Assembly: GCA_018815555.1 (NCBI GenBank)
Contig: JAHIWF010000087.1
Location: forward strand, 35,117-99,116
From: Spirochaetota bacterium
Lineage (GTDB): Bacteria; Spirochaetota; Spirochaetia; Treponematales; UBA12059
Length of the DNA stretch: 64,000 bases
Direction: 5' to 3'
Shown: one piece after another, positions 1-10,209 of the stretch
How the letters are laid out: the number at the start of each line of letters is the position of its first letter
Position numbering within the stretch: position 1 is the first letter of the stretch
Made by a program: the position numbers and the translations under genes
Notes under the pieces: model-generated
What the model was told of the DNA's origin: nothing
The model's database searches: none
What the model saw: the letters and a program-made list of their open reading frames with translations, nothing else

Positions 1-1248
1 AAACTGATACCTGAGATTCTTATTCCTATAAATGAATCTGGACAAATGGTTGTTAATTTTATGGGGGGTAGGTCCAGTGAGTCCTCAGATGGAAATCAAA
101 CCTTTCCAGTCCGCTCTTTTGCAGCATATGCAAATCGCGATCCTGGCTCTGACAGTTCCACATGGCGTCGAACTATGGCTAGTACTAATAAAATCCTTAT
201 GACTGGAGCATTCTCATCGGGAATGGCAGACGATGAAAAACCGACTCCACTTGGGATGATGTTTGGTATCGAAATTCATGCAAACGCTCTTAATACCATA
301 CTTATGGGTAATTTTATAAAATATGTCCCTGATTGGGTGAATTTTTTAATCCTCGTCGGAATAGTTTTCATTTTTGCCTTACTGAGTTCAAGAACGCCAG
401 CTATTGTCGCATTTATAGTAGTACTATTAGAAAGTGCTGCTTACTTCTTCGCAGTTAACCTGATATTCGAAAAACAAGCCTATTTGGTTAATTACTCCGG
501 TATAACAATAGCCTCCATTTTTACTTTTATTTCTGTTGTTATATACAGGGTTTTTACTGAAGAAAAAGAAAAGAAAAAAATACGCCAGACTTTTGGTAAA
601 TATCTAAGTCCAAAGGTTGTAGAGCAACTAGCTGAAAATCCTCCTGAACTTGGTGGCCAGGACAAAGAAATTACTGTCTTTTTCTCTGATATACGCGGAT
701 TTACAACTTTATCAGAAAATATGACCCCTCAGGAATTAGTTAATCATCTTAATGTATATCTCACCGCTATGACCGATATGATAATCAAATATGGCGGGAC
801 CTTGGACAAATACATGGGGGATGCAATTATGTGCTTCTGGGGTGCACCAATATCCCTAGCGGATCATGCAATATTAGCCTGTAAATGTGCGCTTAAACAA
901 ATGCAGCTACTTGAAGAACTCAACAAAGGTTGGCCGGAAGCAAAAAATATCCACATCGGCATAGGCTTAAATTCTGGAATCATGACTGTTGGTAATATGG
1001 GCTCTAAAATGCATATGAACTATACACTTATGGGTGATCACGTTAATCTCGGATCGCGCCTGGAGTCTATCAATAAAGAATATAGCACACAGATAATTAT
1101 AAGTGAATTTACCTATGCATTGGTGAAAGATAAATTTATTGTTCGCGAACTTGATAATATCCGGGTTAAGGGAAAGAACAAACCGGTTGTTATCTATGAA
1201 CTGATTGATTGTCTGGAATCCATGGAGCCACCGGTCATTGGAAAATAA
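1..1248 (+). CDS. CHASE2-domain sensor fused to class III adenylate/guanylate cyclase (N-terminus cut by window edge)
   Basis: The frame of track ORF 46..1248 stays open back to nt 1 (KLIPEILIPINESGQ..), so the start lies upstream. CHASE2-like IHANALNTILMGNFI is followed by hydrophobic TM spans and the cyclase core FFSDIRGFTTLSE / GDAIMCFWGAP / GLNSGIMTVGNMGS / YTLMGDHVNLGSRLE. Confidence 0.85.
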   Translation, partial: KLIPEILIPINESGQMVVNFMGGRSSESSDGNQTFPVRSFAAYANRDPGSDSSTWRRTMASTNKILMTGAFSSGMADDEKPTPLGMMFGIEIHANALNTILMGNFIKYVPDWVNFLILVGIVFIFALLSSRTPAIVAFIVVLLESAAYFFAVNLIFEKQAYLVNYSGITIASIFTFISVVIYRVFTEEKEKKKIRQTFGKYLSPKVVEQLAENPPELGGQDKEITVFFSDIRGFTTLSENMTPQELVNHLNVYLTAMTDMIIKYGGTLDKYMGDAIMCFWGAPISLADHAILACKCALKQMQLLEELNKGWPEAKNIHIGIGLNSGIMTVGNMGSKMHMNYTLMGDHVNLGSRLESINKEYSTQIIISEFTYALVKDKFIVRELDNIRVKGKNKPVVIYELIDCLESMEPPVIGK

Positions 1249-1264
1249 AAAGCTGCGAGGTACC

Positions 1265-1945
1265 ATGAACCGACAAGTTTTCATCACAAAGAATGTACTG
1301 CTTTCGCTAGTTGTTCTTATATTCATAGTATTTTCTTGTGGAATTGATACTTATAATGCATTAGAAAGTATACCTTATGTAGTTGCACCTGACACTGACT
1401 CAGTCATTTTCAGTCCAGTGAAAAGTGGTGATACTATTAATCCGGAATATTTATATTTAGGTATTGATATATTCTATCGGCTCTATGATAGTCAAGAATC
1501 TGCCAGTAACGATCGAACAGCTTTTCTTTCAAGACAAGATTCTGAAGTTGTCCCAGGAACGTCTATTAGTTCCTATCTAGCTTCAAGAACAGGTTTGAAT
1601 TATTACCGAATTCTGCAATTAGAAAATGGAACAGAACTTTTTCTTGATGCCGCTACTGATATTGAATTAGATTCGTTGTTAACCATACGGTGGGATACCT
1701 TTTTAAAAGAACTGTCAATAAGTGGACTCAAAGATCAACAAACGATAATACTTGCTCGGAATAAATCGGGTAGTAGTATTCCGTTTTCTCAAAAACCCGT
1801 TATTGGTGATATTGATTATACCAGTAATAACGGGACTGGTCTGTATTTACAGCTATTTGCAGCTTCGTCTGCTTTTGTTTTCTCCGCAAATCCACAGCTG
1901 CTCTATAGCAAAGCTGTCCACTTAATAACAATGCAAATTGATTAA
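1265..1945 (+). CDS. putative lipoprotein, unknown function
   Basis: The ATG at 1265 gives MNRQVFITKNVLLSLVVLIFIVFSCG, a signal peptide plus lipobox Cys. The track ORF start at 1205 would overlap the cyclase 3' end. Confidence 0.6.
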   Translation: MNRQVFITKNVLLSLVVLIFIVFSCGIDTYNALESIPYVVAPDTDSVIFSPVKSGDTINPEYLYLGIDIFYRLYDSQESASNDRTAFLSRQDSEVVPGTSISSYLASRTGLNYYRILQLENGTELFLDAATDIELDSLLTIRWDTFLKELSISGLKDQQTIILARNKSGSSIPFSQKPVIGDIDYTSNNGTGLYLQLFAASSAFVFSANPQLLYSKAVHLITMQID

Positions 1946-2035
1946 CCCGAATTTACAGCACTTCTTATAATGTATATTCTGTCTACCAATGGCGACTTTA
2001 TACAATATGCCGAACAACTCTGCTAATGCATGTTT

Positions 2036-4609
2036 CTAAACTTCAGTCATATACGCTTTCTGGATTTTTTGGAAAAATTCAAGATACGAGATGCGAACAC
2101 TACATGTATTGTCTGGCAGCTGCGCATATTGTACTAAACGTTTTCCTCTAATTCCAGTCTGCATCAGGGGTTCGCCTATAGCTTTTGTTATGATGCTCGA
2201 TAAGCCCCAGGCCTTGATACCAGTAGCCGGCAAAGTAAACATCAGTTTCGAATTATTCACACTGCAGCTAAAAAGCTCTTTTAAAACAGAATTCTCGGAT
2301 TCAGAAATATCTGAGAGCATTGAGTCACAGATATTTTGTACAGCAAAATTCGTATCATTAAAATCCAACTCATAATCCGAACCCCAATACAAAGATGATA
2401 ACGAATGAATTTTGAGTCCATCGCGCAATGGCATGGCAAGGATAGAATTAACTTTTACAGTATCAGGAAGCCATGCCTGTAATTTATAAATATAATCATC
2501 TAAATTTGGGTTCAAATCCGTAAAAGCACTATTTACAATATAGGCAGCATATTCATCATCAGAGTAAAAGCCAAGTGGTAATGGCTCAGATAATTCTAAC
2601 CGGGGCATTGGATTAAAACCTAAAGAATACTCCAGATTAAAGCCGGCTTTAATAATTGCATAAGCAATCACGGAATGTAGATCGTGATGAGCATAAAAAG
2701 ATGCATTATCAAATTTTGAAAATCCTAAAATTATTCTGGTTCGAACTGGATTGACTACAGTGTTTGATGGATTAAGTTTATGCGTTGTAACATCACGGTA
2801 TGATGTAGATCCTAGATCCTTAGCTAAAGCTTGCATTAATTTTGAAACACTACTATTGAAGTCCGTTGTTGATTCTACATGATGCTGCGTACTACATGAA
2901 CCACAGTAATCTATGCAAGGCTCGCTGCAAGCTTTAGTCACTTCTGCTAATACTGATCTATTAAGCTCGCGTTTTAAATATGTAGGTGAAACTTTTATAT
3001 CGATGTCACTCCATGGACGACTTTCTCTGGCTTCATGAAAATTGAGTAAACTATGTTTATCTAGTATCTCGATCCATACATCTTTTTTGAATTGATCGTC
3101 CCATGCATCAAAAATGCATCCAGCTTCATATGACTCAACTAATGCATTACCTACTCTTTCATCGCCACGAGCTATGAAACCTTCAACTGCTGACATTAAT
3201 GGAGAATTATAGCTGATTTTTATTCGCTTATTGTAGCGCAACGCATCTTTTATGGCATATATACGCCTCTGTGCTTCTGTCCAGCTAATTTGAGAGCTAT
3301 CCTGATAAGGAGTATGCGGCTTAGGAACAAATGTAGAAAGTGTAATATTGAGATTCAGATCTGAATCACGGGCTATTGATTCAATAAATTTCACTATCTC
3401 CAGTTCTTCGCACTCAGAACCTGCACCAAGCGGAAGACCAAGCATAAAATAGAATTTAGCTGTTTTATAGCCATAGCTACCTGCTGTTTTTAATATAGAT
3501 ATTATTTTCTCAATTGATACATTCTTATTAATTGCTTTTTGCCATTCTGGTCGTGGCGTTTCGACAGCGAAAGTAAGAGCACCTTTTCGAACATCAGATA
3601 ATTCAGCTAAAATATTCAGCGAAAAGCTTTCAACTTTTAAGGATGGCAATTGAAATGATATACCCCTTCCCGAGTATAATCTATTTAAATATTGAACAAG
3701 ATCGAAAATTCCTGGATAATCACCACTTGACAATGAAGATAAGGTAATGGAGGTAAAACCTTGATCGACAACAGCAGCAACTTCCTTCAGAATAATCTCA
3801 GGATCTTTTAATCTACATGGACGATAGAAATATCCTGCATGGCAAAAACGACAGCCATTCGGACACCCCCGCATTATTTCAACAACTCCATGATGCTGCA
3901 CAGGTTTTAGTACAGGCTTAGGATATTTTAAAATAGAGGCAAATGCAGAAAAACCCTTAAATATATTCCGAGTTGCCTTTTTGCCAGGAATCCAAATAGC
4001 CGGATGAGATTTTATTTTATCCAATATTTCCACACGAGTCGCACCATTGTTTTTTAATTCATTTAATGCAGTACATAAACTAAAAAAGTCTGGCTCTGCT
4101 TCTCCTATCCATATTGCATCAAATATATTAGAAAAAGGCAATGGATTGCTGATGCCTGGCCCTCCAGCAATAACTATAGGATGAAAATTTTCACGCTTGC
4201 TTTTATCTAATGGAATTCCAGATAAGTTGAGTGTATGAATAATATTGGTTGCTGCTAATTCGAAGCCAACAGTGAAGGCCAGAATGTCAGATGATACTAC
4301 GGGCTGTAAGGTGTCTAATCCATATAACGGGAAATTATTTTCCTTTATAAGATTTGCAAAATCGCTTGCTGGTGTGAATACACGATCACATACTATATTG
4401 TCCAGATCGTTCAGCCCGGAATAGAGAATCCTCATGGCATTATTGGACATACCTATCTCATAAATATCCGGAAAGCATAAGGCTACACGAAAAGAATATG
4501 TTACTTTCTTAATAGAGTTTAATTCTCCTCCTAGATACCGAGCTGGCTTTTGTACCTTTTTTAGGAAAGGATATACTTTATCAAAGAAAGATCTACTTTC
4601 ACTTGTCAT
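2036..4609 (-). CDS. uncharacterised radical SAM protein fused to a DUF2344-type 'radical SAM-linked' C-terminal module (TIGR03960/TIGR03936-like fusion, names from memory)
   Basis: Radical-SAM CxxxCxxC motif in VEIMRGCPNGCRFCHAGYFYRP. The ATG at 4609 is preceded by AGGAG 8 nt upstream. The track start at 4630 is a TTG that overlaps the rodA stop. Confidence 0.8.
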   Translation of the reverse strand: MTSESRSFFDKVYPFLKKVQKPARYLGGELNSIKKVTYSFRVALCFPDIYEIGMSNNAMRILYSGLNDLDNIVCDRVFTPASDFANLIKENNFPLYGLDTLQPVVSSDILAFTVGFELAATNIIHTLNLSGIPLDKSKRENFHPIVIAGGPGISNPLPFSNIFDAIWIGEAEPDFFSLCTALNELKNNGATRVEILDKIKSHPAIWIPGKKATRNIFKGFSAFASILKYPKPVLKPVQHHGVVEIMRGCPNGCRFCHAGYFYRPCRLKDPEIILKEVAAVVDQGFTSITLSSLSSGDYPGIFDLVQYLNRLYSGRGISFQLPSLKVESFSLNILAELSDVRKGALTFAVETPRPEWQKAINKNVSIEKIISILKTAGSYGYKTAKFYFMLGLPLGAGSECEELEIVKFIESIARDSDLNLNITLSTFVPKPHTPYQDSSQISWTEAQRRIYAIKDALRYNKRIKISYNSPLMSAVEGFIARGDERVGNALVESYEAGCIFDAWDDQFKKDVWIEILDKHSLLNFHEARESRPWSDIDIKVSPTYLKRELNRSVLAEVTKACSEPCIDYCGSCSTQHHVESTTDFNSSVSKLMQALAKDLGSTSYRDVTTHKLNPSNTVVNPVRTRIILGFSKFDNASFYAHHDLHSVIAYAIIKAGFNLEYSLGFNPMPRLELSEPLPLGFYSDDEYAAYIVNSAFTDLNPNLDDYIYKLQAWLPDTVKVNSILAMPLRDGLKIHSLSSLYWGSDYELDFNDTNFAVQNICDSMLSDISESENSVLKELFSCSVNNSKLMFTLPATGIKAWGLSSIITKAIGEPLMQTGIRGKRLVQYAQLPDNTCSVRISYLEFFQKIQKAYMTEV

Positions 4610-4613
4610 TTCT

Positions 4614-5927
4614 TTATCTCCTGGAACCAATTGCTAATACTAAACCGAGGGCTATGTTAATTGTTAAAAGCGCAGAACCTCCATACGATAAAAACCATAA
4701 TGGGATTCCGGTTATCGGCATAATGCCAATAGTCATTCCGACATTAACTATATAATGAAAAATCAATAAACTGGAGACTCCACTGCAAATACCCAACGAA
4801 AACATGTCTTTAGTACTTTTCATTATCATATAAATTCGAAAAAGCAATACCAAAAAAAGCAAATTAATTAACAATACACCTATAAATCCAAGCTCTTCAG
4901 ATATAATACTAAAAATAAAATCAGTGCTTTGCGTTGGCAAATAACGATAATGACTATGCGTACCAAGAAGAAAACCTTTGCCGCCAAGCCCGCCAGAACC
5001 GATTGCAGTAAGAGACTGCAATATATGCCAACCTGAACCTAATGGATCAATATTTGGATCAAAAAAAACAATTAAGCGCATCATTTGGTACTCTTTAAGT
5101 ATCTTACCGGCAGCTAAACCTAAAATCAACCCAATAAAAATAATTATGATGCTGAATAAAATCCAATAATAATATCTTTTCTTGAAATAAATATGACCAA
5201 GCAGCGCTAGTATAAAGACAACGCTTAATAAGGCAAAAAGATAATATACATAAGGTGCTTCATAGAAAATTCTCAAAATGTTTATAGGTTCTTCCCTAAT
5301 TAGATTCTGCCAAAGTGGTAAAAGTACAAAAAGTATAGAAGTAGCTGAGACACCTACAGTGAATGCAAGATACTTGCCATTAATACCTAGAAAAAAAGCT
5401 ATAAAAAGATAGATCGGAATATAAACCATCGCGGTACCAAAATCTGGCTGAGCGAGAATTAGTAAAAAAGGAATTCCTGCAATCAGTACAGATAGGAGGA
5501 ATCTTTTAAATGTATTGGGTTCATGTTTAGTTGCCGAAAGGTATTTGGATAAAAAGATTATAGTAGCTACTTTTGCGAATTCCGAGGGCTGAATTCCATA
5601 ACTACCAATTCCAATCCAGGATCTTGAACCGTTTACTACACGTCCAGCAATCCGGGTATATATCAGTAAAACTATAAAACCAAGATAAATCCAAAAGGCA
5701 TAATCCATTAGTATTTTTGGTTTTACCAGTAATGTAATTATTAGCAAAATAAATCCGAGTATTGCCCAGAAAATCTGTTTTTTATATTCATCTGAAACCA
5801 GTAGACCTACAGAATTAATGCCTGAAGAATAAATAAACATAATTCCGATAACTGTTAAAGAAGTCGACAATGCAATAATCAGCCAATCTGTGCGCTTGAA
5901 TACAGGGCCTATTTCAATAATGCTCAT
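4614..5927 (-). CDS. rodA: rod shape-determining protein RodA (FtsW/RodA/SpoVE family glycosyltransferase)
   Basis: 437 aa and polytopic. SEDS-type motifs include QPSEFAKV, PDFGTA and GSGGLGGKGF. It lies directly downstream of PBP2 with a 4-nt overlap. Confidence 0.9.
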   Translation of the reverse strand: MSIIEIGPVFKRTDWLIIALSTSLTVIGIMFIYSSGINSVGLLVSDEYKKQIFWAILGFILLIITLLVKPKILMDYAFWIYLGFIVLLIYTRIAGRVVNGSRSWIGIGSYGIQPSEFAKVATIIFLSKYLSATKHEPNTFKRFLLSVLIAGIPFLLILAQPDFGTAMVYIPIYLFIAFFLGINGKYLAFTVGVSATSILFVLLPLWQNLIREEPINILRIFYEAPYVYYLFALLSVVFILALLGHIYFKKRYYYWILFSIIIIFIGLILGLAAGKILKEYQMMRLIVFFDPNIDPLGSGWHILQSLTAIGSGGLGGKGFLLGTHSHYRYLPTQSTDFIFSIISEELGFIGVLLINLLFLVLLFRIYMIMKSTKDMFSLGICSGVSSLLIFHYIVNVGMTIGIMPITGIPLWFLSYGGSALLTINIALGLVLAIGSRR

Positions 5928-7780
5928 TCGATCCTTCCTGCTTGAATCCTAACTGTTGTAGTCAGCTTAAGTTCCCGTATAGCATCTTCATATAATTGTT
6001 TTGCGAAATAGCCTTGAAATATTATATTTGTTGCATAAGGGGCCCACCATTCCCAAACATTTGCTGCTTCCACCATAACAACGACCACAATTACATCATT
6101 AATGTCTGTATAGTTATAAGGTGCATACCCTACAAACCAGGAATGCCAGCGATCAGAAAGGCCGACCTCTGCAGTCCCTGTTTTTCCTGCAATCTGAACA
6201 ACTTTATTGGCAAGTGGATATCTGGCTGTTCCTTCTAGCAAAACACTTCGCAGATTTTCTTTTGTCTGATCAAAGGTTTCTTTTGTTATCGATGATTTCC
6301 AAAGAATTTCAGGAGAGTAACTGAAAGAAACCTCATCAGTTTCCTGATTTCGAACTTCCTTCAACACATGTGGCTTATAAATAATTCCATCATTAACGAT
6401 CATCGATAACATATTGGCAATCTGTAATGGGGTGCTTAACATGTAGCCTTGGCCGATAGATAAATTAAGTGTATCGCCACCCAGCCACTTCTCGTTAAAG
6501 CGTCGCTCTTTCCATTGCGGAGTTGGCACAAAACCACTAGCTTCACCCCGAAGATCAATACCAGTAGCTTCACCAAAACCAAAATCACGATAATAAGTGA
6601 CTATGCGTTCAATACCCAATTTTTCATGACCAACAACAGCAAAATAGATATTACACGATTGCGCCAAAGCTTGCTGTAAATTCAGGCGACCATGACCTGG
6701 TTTTAGTATATGACACTTGAAAATGCGATCACCAAAAGTCATTTCTCCAGCACAAAGAACTCGCTCTGCTGGGTCAAAGGCTTTTTCCTCTAAAATTGCC
6801 GCAGTCATAGCGATTTTAATTGTTGATGCAGGCGGATAATGAGATTGAATAGCACGGTTGATTAAAGGATTGCGTTCATCATTAAGCAATGATGCAAAGT
6901 AATTATTTCCACCTTTTGCCATCAGTAGATTTGCATCATAACCGGGCCAGGAAACCATAGCTAATATTTCACCTGTTGCGGGTTTTAAAACAATAGCAGA
7001 TCCAATGCGATCACCCAAGGCCTTTTCTGCTAGAATTTGAGTGCCTCTATCTATGGTCAGTACTAAATTGTTTCCCATAACTGGCGGGATTACATCCAGG
7101 TTGGGTTGATTGACACTCCGTCCACGGACATCCACCGTGCGGAACTGACGTCCGTCTTTACCACGCAATAGTTCATCATATTGGTTCTCTATCCCTGACT
7201 TACCAATGATATCACCCGATTGGTAACCCTTATTAAACAATATTTTTAATTCGTCTCGGGTAATTTCACCTACATAGCCAATAATATGTGAAAACGAGCC
7301 TGCTTCCAGATAATTACGGCGTGGCTTTGACTGCCAGGATACACCTGGAAATTCATCTTTACGTTCCGCTATCGAGAAAACCAACTCCTGACTTACAGAA
7401 TTAGCAATTTCTATAGATTGATACATACGATAATATGATACAGGTATTTTTTTATTAATATCCAATAATGGAATATCTAACAAAGCTGCTAACTTATTAA
7501 AAACCGTCGGCTTAAGTTCATTAGGGATTTCAGCCGGAATTACTAAAACGGCAAATGAATCATTATTTACAACTAATGGCGAATCTAAATTACGGTCGAA
7601 TATTTCTCCACGCTGCGATGGCAGTATCTCAGTCTGCCTGGAAATAGAAATTGCTCGATTAGTAAATTCAGAGCTTTTGAAAACCTGAATATAAAACAAA
7701 TATATTGAATATGAAGAAAATATAAATACTAAGGCGAGAATATAAAAAACGCGCTTCTTCGAATCGATCAAAGAGATCAT
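5924..7780 (-). CDS. mrdA: penicillin-binding protein 2 (elongasome transpeptidase)
   Basis: N-terminal TM anchor. Transpeptidase motifs are STIK (PPASTIKI), SCN (SCNIYF) and KTG (GKTGTAE). It sits between mreD and rodA. Confidence 0.9.
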   Translation of the reverse strand: MISLIDSKKRVFYILALVFIFSSYSIYLFYIQVFKSSEFTNRAISISRQTEILPSQRGEIFDRNLDSPLVVNNDSFAVLVIPAEIPNELKPTVFNKLAALLDIPLLDINKKIPVSYYRMYQSIEIANSVSQELVFSIAERKDEFPGVSWQSKPRRNYLEAGSFSHIIGYVGEITRDELKILFNKGYQSGDIIGKSGIENQYDELLRGKDGRQFRTVDVRGRSVNQPNLDVIPPVMGNNLVLTIDRGTQILAEKALGDRIGSAIVLKPATGEILAMVSWPGYDANLLMAKGGNNYFASLLNDERNPLINRAIQSHYPPASTIKIAMTAAILEEKAFDPAERVLCAGEMTFGDRIFKCHILKPGHGRLNLQQALAQSCNIYFAVVGHEKLGIERIVTYYRDFGFGEATGIDLRGEASGFVPTPQWKERRFNEKWLGGDTLNLSIGQGYMLSTPLQIANMLSMIVNDGIIYKPHVLKEVRNQETDEVSFSYSPEILWKSSITKETFDQTKENLRSVLLEGTARYPLANKVVQIAGKTGTAEVGLSDRWHSWFVGYAPYNYTDINDVIVVVVMVEAANVWEWWAPYATNIIFQGYFAKQLYEDAIRELKLTTTVRIQAGRIE

Positions 7781-8286
7781 CGGTGTTTCTCAGAACCAAG
7801 CAAAAATCGGTCCATTAGCCCAAGTATGAAAAAGACAAGTGGAGCCAAAACTGCAGTGTATAGCATTTCAAGCCAAAAAATATGTGAGAAAAATGAATAT
7901 GACAAAACATTGAATTCGGAAAAAAATAATTGCATGACTTCACTTAATAGGCCTTTTATTATTGTTCCGGCAACAGCGAATAAAAAGGGCATCAGTAATT
8001 TATCAATATAAAATTTACCGGAGAATGCGTTGAAAGCGAAAGCAGTAGCTGTTTGAATCAGTGATGTTGTTCCGAGAGGAATTACGCTAATGCTGTCTTG
8101 CAAAAAACCAGAAAGAAAACCTATTACCTGCCCTTTAGGCAAGGTATTACGAAATGAAATATAGATCAAAATCAATAATGGCAAATCCGGGACAACCGAT
8201 AAAATTTCAATTGCACGCAGCCATGTACTCTGTAGAACTGTCGCCCCGATCATGAGTAACAAACCAAACAAGCTTGACTTTATCAT
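7777..8286 (-). CDS. mreD: rod shape-determining protein MreD
   Basis: 169-aa multi-TM protein overlapping the mreC stop and the mrdA start by 4 nt each. The call rests mainly on size, topology and position. Confidence 0.75.
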   Translation of the reverse strand: MIKSSLFGLLLMIGATVLQSTWLRAIEILSVVPDLPLLILIYISFRNTLPKGQVIGFLSGFLQDSISVIPLGTTSLIQTATAFAFNAFSGKFYIDKLLMPFLFAVAGTIIKGLLSEVMQLFFSEFNVLSYSFFSHIFWLEMLYTAVLAPLVFFILGLMDRFLLGSEKHR

Positions 8287-9155
8287 TTGCCCTCCTGCAT
8301 AGTATTCAGGACTTCAGTTACACCAGTCAGAATGAATACATACTCAAGGCGATCAAAATCAACGACAGGATCGAGATCAAATTCGATTGAGGTAAGATAT
8401 GGCAATTCATGAATTCTACGTATTCGTCCTACCATTATATCAGGTGGATATAGCGATTGGAGTCCGGATGTTATTACTATGTCCCCGAGATTGATTTGCT
8501 CCAATGCTCTTTTTTTTATATACTTAACTATTAGGTTTTGACTTTCGTTTCCGCTGCCCACGGCAAGACCTTCATAGCGAGATTCTTGCAAGCGAATTGC
8601 AATATACGCTGATGCATCGAAAATCGGTAGAACTAAACATGAGTATCTACTAACTTCAATAACTCTACCAACTAGGCCTTCGATACCATCTTGATATGCA
8701 ATTACAATATCATTCTTTTTTATACCTTCGTTTAAGCCCTTGTCCAAAATAAAAGTAGAATATACATTGCCTGGATCTTTTCCAATAATTTTTGCCGGGA
8801 TATTTTTATATGTCAATTCAGTTGAAAAGCCTAATTGCTGCTTCAATGTAATATTTTCTTGATTGATTCTATCAAAATCACGTTCCATTCTACGCAACTG
8901 CTCAGTACTTGATAAAAGCTCATTGTATTTTTGTTCCAGTATGCGTAGCTCAGAAATACTTGTAACACTTTGAGAAACGAAACTGGATACCGCAGAAAAG
9001 CCGCGTTGAAAAAAAGAAAGTACTGCCAGTCCAACTCGCTCAGGAACACCAGTTAACGAGCGGGTGGATAGAAGCAGTACCAGCAACGACGTAAATAGCA
9101 AAGAGCTTGAGACAATGATCCTTATTCTAGATAACTGTCTTTCCGCCTTTTTCAT
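8283..9155 (-). CDS. mreC: rod shape-determining protein MreC
   Basis: N-terminal TM and coiled coil, then MreC-type beta domains (GLVGRVIEVSRYSCLVLPIFD, GDIVITSGLQSLYPPDIMVGRI). Confidence 0.85.
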   Translation of the reverse strand: MKKAERQLSRIRIIVSSSLLFTSLLVLLLSTRSLTGVPERVGLAVLSFFQRGFSAVSSFVSQSVTSISELRILEQKYNELLSSTEQLRRMERDFDRINQENITLKQQLGFSTELTYKNIPAKIIGKDPGNVYSTFILDKGLNEGIKKNDIVIAYQDGIEGLVGRVIEVSRYSCLVLPIFDASAYIAIRLQESRYEGLAVGSGNESQNLIVKYIKKRALEQINLGDIVITSGLQSLYPPDIMVGRIRRIHELPYLTSIEFDLDPVVDFDRLEYVFILTGVTEVLNTMQEGK

Positions 9156-9159
9156 ACAA

Positions 9160-10200
9160 TTACAAATTCATTCCGCTTGCGCCGAAAGCTATATCAATGC
9201 CCCGAACAGCTTCGAAATATTTACCTGCACCGATCGCTACACATTCAAGCGGCCGTTCAGCTAAAATAACCGGCACTCCGGTTTCTTTCGCGATCAGTTT
9301 CGGCAATCCCTTCAGGAGTGAACCACCTCCTGCCATGACAATGCCTCTCTCTACGATGTCAGCAGCCAGTTCCGGAGGGGTTTGCCCAAGCGTTTTCTTA
9401 ATTTCTTCAACAATCTGATTTACCGGTTCCTGCAAAGCCTCACGGACTTCGACAGAATCTATTTCCAACCGTCTAGGTAATCCTGTTATTGCATCAGTAC
9501 CTTTTATTTCCACTTTTTCGACCGTTTTTTCTGCTGAGGCGTTACCTATCTCGATTTTTAGACGCTCTGCTGTCTGCTCGCCAATAATTAGATTATGCGC
9601 AGACCTAATATGCTTTATTATTGCTAGATCAAATTCATCACCACCAATACGTATCGCATTGGTTACTACTAGATCCTTCAGCGAGATAACCGAAATTTCG
9701 GTTGTTCCACCACCGATATCGACAATCATATGACCAGCTGGTTCATGTATCGGTATATCCGAGCCTATCGCAGCGGCAAGGGATTCAGGCAACACTTCAA
9801 CCTCACGTGCACCAGCCTTATATGCAGCATCAATGACCGCCCGACGCTCAACTTCAGTAATACAGGTAGGAATGCCAATTACCATACGTGGCTTAATAAA
9901 CCATCTCCGTGGTATTACCTTCTGAATAAAATACTTGATCATTTTTTCAGTAGTGTCCGGATCAGCAATGACCCCATCACGAAGGGGCCGGATTGCAATT
10001 ATGTTTCCCGGGGTTTTCCATAACATCCGTTTGGCTTCTGTTCCTACTGCAAGCACACGTTTTGTACCGCGCTCCACGGCAACAACAGAAGGTTCATTTA
10101 TCACAATACCTTTACCCCGGACATACACCAAGGTATTGCAGGTACCCAGATCTATTCCAATATCCATGGAAAACCTATCAAAAAAACCCTTTTTGGCCAT
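9160..10200 (-). CDS. mreB: rod shape-determining actin homologue MreB
   Basis: [22 protein letters not shown].., [14 protein letters not shown] and [11 protein letters not shown] are canonical MreB phosphate and adenosine motifs. ATG start at 10200. Confidence 0.95.
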   Translation of the reverse strand: MAKKGFFDRFSMDIGIDLGTCNTLVYVRGKGIVINEPSVVAVERGTKRVLAVGTEAKRMLWKTPGNIIAIRPLRDGVIADPDTTEKMIKYFIQKVIPRRWFIKPRMVIGIPTCITEVERRAVIDAAYKAGAREVEVLPESLAAAIGSDIPIHEPAGHMIVDIGGGTTEISVISLKDLVVTNAIRIGGDEFDLAIIKHIRSAHNLIIGEQTAERLKIEIGNASAEKTVEKVEIKGTDAITGLPRRLEIDSVEVREALQEPVNQIVEEIKKTLGQTPPELAADIVERGIVMAGGGSLLKGLPKLIAKETGVPVILAERPLECVAIGAGKYFEAVRGIDIAFGASGMNL

Positions 10201-10209
10201 TGTGCTCTC

